From contig NC_134026.1 of the NCBI RefSeq assembly GCF_964204645.1, forward strand, positions 27,314,150 to 27,378,149: a stretch of 64,000 bases of DNA, in the 5' to 3' direction. A model generated the notes under the pieces. That model did not search any database, was not told the DNA's origin, and saw only the letters and a program-made list of their open reading frames with translations. Source of the DNA: Tubulanus polymorphus (Eukaryota > Animalia > Nemertea). Shown in pieces: positions 13,301 to 24,990 of this stretch (position 1 is its first letter; every line of letters begins with the position of its first letter). The translations under genes were made by a program, and so were the position numbers.

Positions 13301-14876
13301 GAAGGCCTTGATTGATTCATGGTTTACGATTTATTAGCAGGCAATGTACCGATTCCACATGTACGATGCTGTAGCCAATTTTAGTTTTATTTTTTAGGCA
13401 TTTATCCCCCCTTATGCATGCTATTACTAATATCTTCTTTCTTAAGAATAAACAATAATATTTCATGGAGTTTCTTACATAGAATTGTGGCTAATAATCT
13501 GCTTGGTTTACCAAATTCGTTGCATTCTGTTCAATTATGTCATCTCTATTTTCATAATTGTATGTTATTGTGTCGCATATACTGACAATTTATTGCTCAG
13601 AGCAGGAAGTATGATCTCTTCCATTGATTATTTACAATTTCGGACACTATGAAGCACACTCCACTTATATACATGACTTGCTCAGGAAATAAATGAAAAC
13701 TTAACATGATTATGAATTTAGAAAGACAAATCCATAGCTGCTTGAAATAATAATTCATTATTGAGTTTCTGAGGGCTTCACTCAACAATTTGTTCCATCA
13801 TGAAAATATGATCGAAAAGATTGCAAGGATTGAAACTATATGACAATTAGCGATGTTAGCCCTTGAATCTGAATGTTGTCACCACGGTGGTTGTGAAATA
13901 TTGACCCAGTGCCTTGTTTCCCTTTGATTACAGCCTCCCACTGTTAATACAGAACGCACCAAATATGACCCTTATGTTGATGTAGAAACTAAACCTACCA
14001 CCGTGGTGCCAACAGTTCCAACTGAGACACAATATTTACGCTATGAACTCGAGGGGGTCAGTGGCTCTGAAGGTATCAGTACATTTATAAGTGGGGATTC
14101 AGATCCTGCTCTAGATGGCCATACGGTTAATACTACAGCTACGGTAAGCATAGTTCTAGACTGTGTGAAGTTATTATCCATAAACCTTCCAGTTAAAAGC
14201 TACAAGCATGTTATGTTTTTTGATTGGTTCAAAACAGAGAATGAAATGAAGCGATAGATTTCTATACATGGTCGCTTAGAAGAAACAGAATATACGTCCA
14301 AAGCTAGGCTTTTTTTGAAAATTGTTTAGATTCATTTCATAGAGTTGCTGGCACCCACCCGCTGAAAAAATGTGGAATGGTCAATGGGCTTTTAGTAGTT
14401 CAGTTGCTTGTTAAGATTTGTCGTTAAGTTTTAGTTAGAATCATAAGCAGTACTGTACTATGTAAGAATGCAATTTTGATAATGATAGTAGCTACAATGT
14501 ATTTTGTTTTTAAGTGACGATTTCGAATAGGTATATTGTTATAGCGTTAGTCATACTGAGGTAGAAACTGAAAGATTCACTACTAAGATATTTTCGACCA
14601 CATTTACTTGAACATTATTATATTCTACATTTTCAGTACGTTATGGACAAGAAAGCGGATGATGACTTTGATTTGGTATGTTAATTATATTATATTCTTT
14701 TTCATTCATTTCTTCATCTCGTTTGATTGTAGCAGTTTTGAACATTCTTACGATTGTTATAGGCGCTAACTGAAGCTATCAGACAGGCTACAGGCTTTGA
14801 TCCAGATACTACAGTTGCTGATGAGACCATCGAAAACATAGAGATTACAACGCAGAATCAAGAATCGGGAGTGTAA
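1351..14876 (+). CDS. EPB41L: Protein 4.1 / coracle-like FERM protein (FERM + FERM-adjacent + variable region + 4.1 C-terminal domain), ~740 aa if all exons are included
   Basis: Phase-consistent GT-AG exons: (1351-1398 tentative first exon [16 protein letters not shown]), 1519-1647, 2255-2359, 2454-2496, 3650-3725, 3828-4049, 4399-4486, 4675-4827, 5254-5351, 5429-5598, 7543-7715, 8095-8256, 9259-9354, 10024-10095, 12089-12163, 12653-12733, 12987-13061, 13934-14143, 14637-14675, 14763-14876. Motifs: [76 protein letters not shown] (FA domain), [10 protein letters not shown] (CTD). The true 5' end may lie upstream of the window. Confidence 0.93.
3045..3253 (-). repeat. Dispersed monomer of the ~225-bp element tandemly arrayed at 45295-45917
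   Basis: Reverse complement aligns closely to the tandem unit (e.g. ccgtattgtgatcaactgagcttgtgttttac; aattctcgtgcccagtctccagtc). Confidence 0.9.
7212..7354. mobile_element. Tc1/mariner (pogo-like) MITE, family A copy 1
   Basis: TIRs cagtaaacctcacctaactcgg / ccgaataaggcgaggtttactg, left flank TA; internal gtcagaaa(a/t)atgattttgttt shared with 55538-55691. Confidence 0.75.
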
Positions 14877-15651
14877 AATTTCTCTTGGGTGTTTATGATT
14901 TTATACTTGTAAGGTGTGTACTTCCTTAATCTACTCGTTTTGAATTTTTTAAATTTTTTCTTTAATTGATCTATCGTTTTATGAAAAATGGTCTGTATGT
15001 TTTTAGGTTGATGGGACTGCTTTCTGTCAGTAGCATGCTGCTTTGTTAGGTGGACACAAATCCAGTGATGATGATAGTAATACAACCAAATATATACGTA
15101 CACTGTGTTCCTTTAGTAAACTCGCTTTGTTATTGTTCATATGCATCACGTTGTATACTCGTCTATCAGTGTTTCGTACAACAATATGCTGCCTTTCGAT
15201 ATAAAGAATACGTATATACATATTTCGACATATTTAAGAGACTCGACAGACGGAACAAACCTCTTAGAATCGATAGACAATGTCACCACCACTACTAAAT
15301 CAGGATACTTGGAGTTTGTTACATGGGACTGAAGCAGCTGGACATTGTAAATATTATTTTGCTGACGAATTAGGTTTCATTGATTTTACTCGACCAGACC
15401 ATGATTTCTTTGAATGTTTTGACATCATTTGGATATAATTATGGCTCTTAGTTTTAACTTACACGAGGTATCACATGCGATCTTCCTTCCTCATAATGTG
15501 ACCAAGTGTCAAATTTGGAACTTAAACAACAGTCTGTCGGCAGTAAAATCATTCGAAAATTGCTTATTAATCTAAACTTCTTGTATAAATTAAGTCACAG
15601 AAGATTGCATTGTACATCATATTTTTGATCATAATATATACTATACATAAA

Positions 15652-15652
<1 letters not shown>

Positions 15653-15686
<34 letters not shown>
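15653..15686 (+). repeat. (ATT)n microsatellite in the presumed 4.1 3' UTR
   Basis: About 11 ATT units; the UTR probably ends near AATAAA at 16894-16899. Confidence 0.9.
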
Positions 15687-15688
<2 letters not shown>

Positions 15689-17335
15689 ATTACATATTAT
15701 CATTTTACCTGTAATGTATAAAATGTCACGAATGTAGTATTGTAGCTTGTCTTAGAATTCATTACTCATGTATGACCTTACCGGTATATATATTGAATAT
15801 GAGAATATTATATATATTTTATGCAGATTGCCCATGCGACATGTTTGTTCTTGAATAGAAGCAGATGATTATAGTTTTATTAGCTTTTCAATTCATTGCG
15901 TTTTGATATAAAAATGGTATCGTTAAATTTTGCAATCGGTATGCTGCTGAAGTATATTATTAATAGATTAATGGATGGAAATGATATGGGTCAAAATCAG
16001 ACGTTCCGAATACTTTTTCAGTTGATATTGGGATATTGGGTTTGATGATACTTTTTAACATTTGTCTCTTAATTCTAAGCCGTCCCAGAGAAATATTTCT
16101 GAATCATTTCATCAAAAATTATAGTACAAAATTCCAATTTTGATATGGTGTAACTGAACAACTGTATACTAAGGGCGTTAAGTATGAAATATGTATGTAA
16201 TTGGGTCCATTAGTTTTACTGATATGTTGCTGTACTTTGTAACATCAGTGTATTCGGCATAACATTGGATTGCCAATAACCAATGAGATCGCTTTGTGCC
16301 AAATTCACTGGCTGTTTATTTTATCCATCCATTTTTTTTTGTCATCGAAAAACCATTTCTTTTATTTCGAGGCTTTTGTATGATATATTGCATTTTATAT
16401 ACAAACAAAATTCGTTGTTAGCCCAAGAATATATCATTGATTTAGTTTAAACGATTTCTAACTGTGTACAGGAATTTATATTGCTTATTATTCAAGATGG
16501 AAGAATTTGTTATCGCGTGTACATGTAATTCAGAAACTCCATTCTAAAGCTTAGTGTCTAAACATTGAAAAACTAAATCTAAATCCCTGATCTTTTTGTC
16601 ATCAATTGCATTTTGAAATAGAAAACAGAATTGGCAACTGTAGCCTACTGGCTGCAGTTGAAGAAAGAATGAAAATATGGTCTAGTTACATATAGGCAGC
16701 AATGTACCGGTATTAAAAATGTATCTCATGACATTCACGTCTAACAATATATAGGACATTTCCACCCAATGAATGATGTACTGGTACGTAGGTCAGGGAT
16801 TAAATGAAATGATTATGTGGCTACACCTTAATACTCATCAGCGTGCATTGTTGTCTTACATATTGCAGTAAAATCTTAATACAAGTTTTTATGAATAAAT
16901 CGATGCTGATTGACGAATTTTCTCTTAGAAATTTCGCAGAATGTTTTAGTACAAAAATGGGATGTTGATTATATTAGTGGTATCGAGATGGTGTTTCAAA
17001 TTGTCTTTATTGGTAATTCTATCTCTTTAATTTTATGTGTCAATAATTCGGCATCATTGTGTCGCTTTTCGTATATAAAGATTTGGTTTTAAATCTGATG
17101 ACTTTTCTGTTTTTATTGTGAAATTCAGTGTGTTGTTGGTGTTAATTCATATGGCTATCTTAATATTATATAGCCTATACATGATAATTATATAGAAATG
17201 ATGAAGCCTTTTAAAGGCAAAATTGTCTACGTAAAATTTGGCGATATATCTGTATTTTATGCTTGGAAAAATAATAAAAGTCACATAATCCAAATATGCA
17301 TTGTTGTTTTGACTCGCATCACTGGCATCAGTACC

Positions 17336-17354
17336 TGCTGCCATCTAGTGTCGA
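17336..17354 (-). promoter_or_regulatory. CTCF-like motif just upstream of SPO11
   Basis: Minus strand reads tcgacactagatggcagca, resembling the CTCF core CCACTAGATGGCAGC; 18/19 identical to 49487-49505. Confidence 0.5.
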
Positions 17355-17415
17355 TAGTTAATTGGAGCTGCCTGTGATGAGTTGAAACGATTTTACGGCG
17401 TTGAAGAATAGGCCT

Positions 17416-20400
17416 ATGTAAGAAATTGCCCCTTGGCTGGGTATTAAAACAGAACCACTGACGAATTTCGTGCCTAGGAACCTTTAATATTCCCAACATG
17501 CGTCCATCCATCCTCATGCCTCCCGTCTATCTCAACGAAAAAATTCTAGCCTGCCTTTTCTGGATGAGAGCCTGGCTGGCTATGAGAAATGTGGAATGAT
17601 GATGATAGCTGACTGAGCAAGTTCGCCAGATTCTGCCAACGTGTTGTTTCAGCGCCTATAGAGTCTTATTAGAGTGCACAAATTATTTTCAGGGATTCGG
17701 ACGACACAGTTTTGAAAAAGATAGAACAAATTATGCTATCCATTGTGAAAACTTTGAGCCTTGGTGAACCACCATCTCTACTCTATGATTCTCGTTCTAC
17801 TTGGGATAACATTAGGTAACCTGATTTAATTAGACTTACCCGGTATTTCAGAACATAGAACTGAGTTCTATGTCCAGAATAAGGCCTTTCGATCCCGGCA
17901 GTAGGCCTGAGCCTACTATTATTTTAGAGTTTTATTTTCTGGGTCACTTACCGCTGTATTTATTCAGTTTCCATGAAGAAACTGGTTTGCAAATGAAATT
18001 GAATCCATCTATGACGGTGCTGAAGTATAATGTGGCCACTTCAGTCAATAGATATGGTATGTATGCATGTCATTCCACATCAAATAAGTACTGGTATTGA
18101 TATTAAGTCAACTGAATGCTATTTTTAACTATTTTCACAGCACTTACATTGAAAGTTATCTCACTCATTTACAAATTGGTGCAAACAAATTCATTTTGCA
18201 CAAAAAGGTTAGGTACCAGTTCCTTTTCTATGTGATCTTTAATGGACCCTGGATTATCCAGTAGGCCTATATCTAGCTGTTTCAATAGTCTATCATATTT
18301 TTCAATTAAATCTAGAGATATATTTTACCAAGATAAAAACTTATTTGCAAGTCAAGCAGTAGTAGATGATATAATTGACAATATATCCTGTATGCTAAAA
18401 GTCCCTAGATGGCAGCTTCATGTGGTAAGTATCAAGTCGCCACCAAACCCCAGTGTATACCAGATTCTGTTTCTAGTCATGACTAGATTTCATCTAGGCT
18501 ATTCAGCAAGCTTCCATCTAGGCCTATTCCATTTTGCAGATAGCCACATCCAAAGGCTGCATAGCTGGTCAAATACAATATACAGAACAAGATGGAAATG
18601 TAGTTAATTGCAGTGCATCAAATTCTGTAAGAAATTGATAAAACTTTATCTAATTGAGGAGTGTTTTTAGTCATCAGTGTTCAATTCCTGTAATTAATGT
18701 GCTTTCATTGCATTTTTAGGGAGTATTGGTGTCATCAAATATAGTTGGACTTGAAAGTATACCCTTTCTTTGATTATTTCTTTCCATATCAGTAAAGAAT
18801 AGGCTTATTTAATCAGCTTTCAATTCCATTTGTGCGCAAATGTATTCATAGATGTCGGTGCATGATTAAAGTAAACCTGTACTAACATAGTCAGATAAAG
18901 GTATTCATTATATCTGCAGGTTTTTATGCCTTATCTTATCTAAACAGATATACGAACAAATGCAAAGTTGGTCTTGATTATTGAAAAAGATGCTACCTTC
19001 CAGAAGCTACTTGACGAGGGAATATGCCAGAAATTGTACCCATGTATTGTGATTACGGTACAGTAGAATGTCTTGATTCTGCACTATTTGCCATCATACC
19101 TATGGTGGAATAGCCTGATTGTGAAAAAAGCTAAAATTGTACAACATTTGAACATGAAATTGCCTTTTCGTTCTTGCTAATGAGAAAAAACCCATTAGAT
19201 GAATATTACTAGCCTGAATGGCGGGTAATCAGCAGTGCTTTTTAAGTAATGATCATTCCAAAAAGCAACTTGGAATAATGAATTAAATATTTCTATAGGA
19301 TCGCTTTTCACAAAGTGTTAGAAATCTTGAGCTTATTTGCTTTTGATTATATATTAACTTAGCTTCCATTTAACGGCGTATAAACTTAGGAAAATTGAAT
19401 TAATCGGCTCTGTGTCAAGCTGTTCCTAATGATTTGTTCGATGATTTCCAGATTCATTGAAAAAGTTTTCCTTAGAAAAGCCGCTAACCAATTTTGTTGT
19501 GTAGAAATTCTTGTATTTTTAGTCAGACACAGTCGTTAATGTCTCCTTACAGCACCATTTTCTATTAAAGAATGCGTTGGAGTCTTAATGAAGATCAATC
19601 AAGCTGAGAGAAAATCTTATCTATTAAAGAGTGCTAGCAGTCTGAGTACTTGCGCTGTCAACAAGATTAGAATCTGACATACAACGAAATCTAATTAGTT
19701 CTTGTCACAGTAGGGATGCTGAACGAAACTAGTATGAAATTATAGTTTACCTTGTTGACATAAATAGCTTCTGATCAGTTTCTACTTGATTGTTTGATCT
19801 TTTCAAGACATATATACTGTCGGCCTGTATTTGGTTTCATGATTGAGTTGTGCTAGTATCTCTTTGTTTCACTTCATTACATTAAATGTGTGAAGCAACT
19901 CGTGTGAACGTTGGGGGCACTTAACAGAGTGGCTCTCCTGTCTTCATGATAAGTAATTACGTTTGAACACATTACAGGAATTGACTTTTCAATTGCTGCC
20001 ATGATAAATGTGAAGCTCTTGTTTGCAATTTAACATTGATTAATTTGCCAGGAATCTATCGCTTGCATCCCATTGCATACCAAATCCCTACTAACAATTT
20101 CACAAATTTTGCTATCGTGTCATATCCAGAACTAGGTTGAATAATGATTTGTATTGGAATGCTATTCAACCAATTTTGTGATTAAGGAATGAAGTCTGTT
20201 GGGCCATTTCAAAAAGCGACCATATTTTTGATTAAATGGTGTTCAGTTCATCATGGTGATTACTGCTGTCTCCCGTGGCATTTCAGCTATAAAATTCCAT
20301 TCACAAATTGAATGCGTTATTCAGGTTTTCTGCTATAGCTACTAGATGTGTAATTTTCAATTGCAGGGAAAAGGTTTCCCAGATGTGAATACAAGATTGA

Positions 20401-23400
20401 TGGTGAAGAAGATTTGGGATATCTTTCATATCCCAATGTTTGCTCTCGTAGATGCTGATCCTCATGGTAAGTTGTTACCTGGTTATTGCTCCTCTCATCT
20501 AAGTCCCTCATGGGATATGAAAAAAAAATTTCTTTAAGACCAAAGTAATTGAAGATCTCAATCTTTTCAGGCATCGAAATTATGTGTATTTACAAATTTG
20601 GTTCTCGGGTATTTAGAATCTTTTATTATGTCATCCATGTTGAAATTTTTATTTTATTGATTGTTGTGTTTTTTAGTACAACGTATTTGTTGAGGAAATG
20701 CTATGTTATATAGTCCTAGATATTACCGAGTTGCTTCATAACAGTCATCAAAATGGTTAATGCAATACGTCTGTACTTTCGTTTCAGTCTCTATCCTTTG
20801 AGGGGCATAATCTTGCTGTTCCGGCAATTCACTGGCTTGGCATTCTTCCATCTGATGTAGAAAGGTAAATGGGTTTAATCTGTCTTTGTATGTGATGTCG
20901 GTGTGTTTTGTTTCCCATGTGAAAATCTGTTTTGAAAACTTTGATGTACCGTACGCATATTGTAATTTTCATTATGAGGTAATCTAATTATTTGAAAATC
21001 TTGAATCACCTGAAGTTAGAAAAGGCAATATAATTGTTCCAGTTCATTGATGATGCTCTCATTAGTGTTTTTAATTAGTGATCGAAAACTTTTGGAGAAT
21101 TTCCTTAAAATGCAGTATTTGTGACGAGGTATAATTAGAAAATGAAAGTAATTGCTGCCAGTGGCATTCATGGGATTAGTTCTTTTGATGACATAATGAC
21201 AATATATACCAATGCTCTTTAGGTTCAATTCAATTCTTCTTTGAATTCAAGTTGTCTTGACAACCATCAGGAATTAGAATGATTCATTTTATGTGTATGT
21301 CAAAAAATGGAGATTCTTAAAAAATACACATTCAGTACACTAATCTATTTTATCTGACATCTGTTGATTAGATACTATTGACAATATAATCATTGGTTCT
21401 TTAGCCTTAGTTGAGGAGATCACAGAGAAACGAGGTGTCATTTTTCTTTTACAATATTTCGTATGTTGTCAAGTTATTTTCCCGTGTGAATAACGTATAT
21501 TTGGTAGGCGGTAACTGGGACACATATGGCGCGGCGAAACCTGATAACATTTTACCACAAAAATCGATCATTCAGTTATTTGATATCCAGATCCATGATC
21601 AATTTGTGGTGAGTCTGTCTGGGGACACTTTTCGAATGATAAATTGTGACTGTAAACGCCTCTCCTGCGGAAATTCTGCTTTTTCTTTCACAGTTGCTCT
21701 TTTATCTTCATTTCCCCATTCGTTCTTTCTATTAACTACGTAAAACTACGTTGAATCAGTTCTCAATACACTGGCAGTTTCTTTCATAGGATTCTGCACT
21801 GATGTTTGAGCAATATCATTCGTCTTGCTCACACTTATCCCTGATGCCTTTTTCCTATTTTGCTTGTAAGCTTTAGTTCCAGTAGATTGATACCCTTAGA
21901 TGCATTAGTAATGTTTAGTTATTACTCTCATAAGGATTACAACCAACTTTCTCTGTTTGACCTGCACCTAGTCTCATCTAATCAGTATTGTCTACGGGAT
22001 ATAACGGCGCATTAGTATTTTCCCCTTGATAAGTAATCTTTTTTAAGTATATTGTGCGGATGAAAAGAACTGTATAGAACAAAAAAAGTTGAAGGATGAA
22101 TTCATTTCACATGAGAGGTTTATCGATTGGATTCGCGTATTTTTATTTCAGAAATGCTTCTGATGTTTTCAAGTATTATATGTCGATCTGCATGATCTAT
22201 ATTTAAGAATCAGCTTCGGGATATACGTATGTCCTTTGAAGACTTGATTAGGAATGAGCCACCGGGCAGAAAATTTACTCAGCGCTTTCCTCCTCGTTGC
22301 AAAAATCTGTTAAAAGAAATCAATTTGGTAGCTGTCCAATCCCCTGAAGAATTATGAGAATAACTGCTCAACTCAGGCGAACTTGGAGTACATACACGTT
22401 TAGCTGTATTTACATCCCTGTAAAATATTCCTCTCAAGTAGAACGCTTTAGGCAAATATTTCTTTGAAAACTTTCCGCTGCTAGTGAAATAGAACATAAT
22501 AAAACATGACCCACAGGTCGATCGTGTCTCGATCCAATCTGAGCATCGATCATTTTTTGTGCCTGCGGCATTAATTCGTAGTGTTGCTGAGTAAAATATT
22601 CAGATCTATTTTAGATTGTATCTGTTTTCTAAACCATAAGCGATTACCAGTAATACCACTGTGTAGCTGAGAATTACTTTACTTATTGACCTGCTTGTTT
22701 ACCATTCAAGAAAAGAATTTAATGGAGCGTACATACAAAAGACAGGTTCAAAACGTATTCAATCTATTCCACATTCGATCTCTTATTGAATCTTCATAAA
22801 TTTTCATCCGTTGATGAGATATAGTTTAACGAGAGAAATCCCACAATAAATTCAGCCAAAACGAGAAACTTGAATAGATGAGTATATATATATTTGCGCA
22901 ACGTTTCGGCTAGAGACTATTAGCCATCATCAGGCGTACTGAGAACAGGAGAATATTACAAGATATTTATACACGACCAAAACAATAGAAACAGAGTGAT
23001 TGAGTAAGATATTGAAATAGTTTAACACCTTTTGATATAGAACCTTCACACATCTTGATATAGATTTGTGGATGTTTAGTGTTAATCGATTCCATCTACG
23101 CATCAAATGAAATGTAGATTTTTTTAAAGTTTCAAAACGTTTCCGCGATCATATTGAAATTGTTCGCATTCATTTCCACAGGTTGCATATTTCCAAAGAG
23201 GTTGTTATACCGCTTACGAAGACTGATATAGCTAAAGCAAACGAGCTGGAAAAACGTCCATATTTTCAACAGAATAAAGTCTGGCAGGCGGAGGTATGTG
23301 TGAATAAGTATTAACATGTTGGGAGACGGCTATTTTGCTTTCTAATAATTAAGTAGTGGTTAATGTGATTTCTGGTGCATTATTCGGAGACTGATTGAGT

Positions 23401-24990
23401 TTGAAGCACTTTGATGTGAATGAACATGATTTGGTAGATTCCCTCGCATAGTTATGTTATCTTCGTCCAAAATAAACCCAAAAATAGTGGATAAGTTAAT
23501 GAAATTACGAGATGGCCGCGAGGAAATTTGCGTAAAAATGCTGTCAATTTGATATGTTGCTTAATTGCATCAGCGGAGGTTAGTTTATATAGAAAGTTCC
23601 ATAATCCATTACTGATGCTCATTTTGAGCTGGCGCTATCACCCATTAGGGTTGGGAGCAGTATGTTTCCCTTCTTGTACAGACACTGATCTGGAACAATT
23701 GACATGTACCGGTGTATCTACATCAATATGAATTCAGGCCTATTGTGTCATTCTAAATTCATAATTAAACCAATAACATCAGCTGAGTAAAGAATCAACT
23801 AAACACTATTACAATATTTCTGATTGAAATCTAGATCATACTGTGGAAAATTGTTTCGAAGGAGATGTTTTTTTAATAGAAATTAGTGTTCGGTTCTACC
23901 ATCTCATAAAGAAATCTGAGTTCAGGATTGATCTCAATTTTAACGATTGATTTGATACGATGATATTGTGTTTCCTATCTATGACACAAATGAAATTATA
24001 GATCTGTAGCCTGGTGCATCGATACTTCCTACACCAAATAATACAATTGTGACTTGATGCGATACTGTATCAATCTAGGTTTATCGTCGTGTTGGGATAT
24101 GATATAATTTAGGCTTTTGATGAAGATCATTTCTGGATTGTACAAGCCCTTTATGGTCGTGGCAGCATACTGATTTTCATCTCGTCCAGATTACAAAATG
24201 AGATTATGATGCAATATTTGTTACTTTATGAGATTTTTTATTAGCCTCTGCAGCATACGTGGGGTATTTGCTGTGTGATCGAAAACTGTGATCAAGAAGT
24301 GTCACTGAGGTTCTGTAAACGATAGAAGAAGACCAGTATAGCAGCTAGCTGTATTGAGTGTATCTTGTATAGAAACTGCTGATCGAAATGAGTTAGTTAA
24401 TCTCAGAGCATTTATCTTGCTCCTGCTGTGGAGTTTTAGTGGTCATATTATCCTTATCTTTGTACGTATTATGTGTGTGGCCATAGATATATTTCCCCAT
24501 TGCTCCCAGGCTAGGTTTATTACTCTTTCTGGCATCTTCTCGGCTGTGATTTAATTTGTTCATAGTATGAGTAAAGAGAGTATAATCTGGACACCATACC
24601 CTACACCATACAGTACTATATTGTTCTCTCTTTTCTGATCTTTTTGTATTCTCCTACATTACATGTTTGCCACAAGACATGTTATTATCATTGTCAGATT
24701 AATCTAAACTTGTGCATTAATGCACAGACTAAAATGAAACCATTTTTCATTGATAAGAAAGCAAACATTACATAAATATTTAGCGGCTATAGTTTTAAAG
24801 GGAGTTTTATTCATAATGATTCATTGTATTGTAGTAAGGATTACAATTAATGATTATCTTCTATTTCCAGCTGACCAAAATGATTCACTGGGGGCACAAA
24901 GCTGAAATTCAGAGTTTATCTTCAATCTCCATGGATTTTCTGAGTGAGGTCTATTTGCCCAATAAACTACGGTATGCTGGATGGATTTAG
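17416..24990 (+). CDS. SPO11: Meiotic recombination protein SPO11 (TopoVIA), 356 aa
   Basis: Exons 17416-17417 (AT), 17693-17815, 17968-18056, 18141-18207, 18316-18424, 18540-18626, 18720-18756, 18948-19057, 20367-20466, 20571-20608, 20788-20864, 23182-23293, 24871-24990; total 1071 nt, in frame. TKRDIFY (catalytic Tyr), IEKDATFQKL, GKGFPD, DADPHG (Toprim), KAEIQ...YLPNKL..GWI*. The 2-nt first coding exon is inferred. Confidence 0.95.
18757..18947 (+). other. Possible minor (U12-like) intron in SPO11
   Basis: 5' site GTATACCCTTT (U12 consensus GTATCCTTT); TGCCTTATC branch-like motif about 12 nt before the AG; no polypyrimidine tract. Confidence 0.5.
22827..23110 (-). mobile_element. Penelope-like element 3' fragment (ORF tail plus pLTR with hammerhead)
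   Basis: Minus strand encodes MESINTKHPQIYIKMCEGSISKGVKLF (resembles a PLE GIY-YIG C-terminus), followed by a minimal hammerhead; 22827-22933 is shared with 46092-46197. Confidence 0.7.
22896..22937 (-). ncRNA. Minimal type I hammerhead ribozyme, intact core
   Basis: acgc-CUGAUGA-U-GGCUA-auagucuc-UAGCC-GAAA-CG-UU/-gcgc: core motifs, 5-bp stem II, palindromic stem III (AACGUU), 3-bp stem I CGC/GCG. Confidence 0.8.

Noticed and set aside
14817-14842. CTGATGA...GAAA hammerhead-like string
   Set aside because: Lies in the last 4.1 coding exon, stem II is only 2 bp, and there are no stems I/III.
18403-18417. CTCF-like ccctagatggcagc
   Set aside because: Explained by SPO11 codons (PRWQL).
23500-24570. 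YY1-like agatggccgc plus a hydrophobic ORF in the last SPO11 intron as a nested gene
   Set aside because: Multiple stops and no coherent exon chain; at most a decayed remnant.
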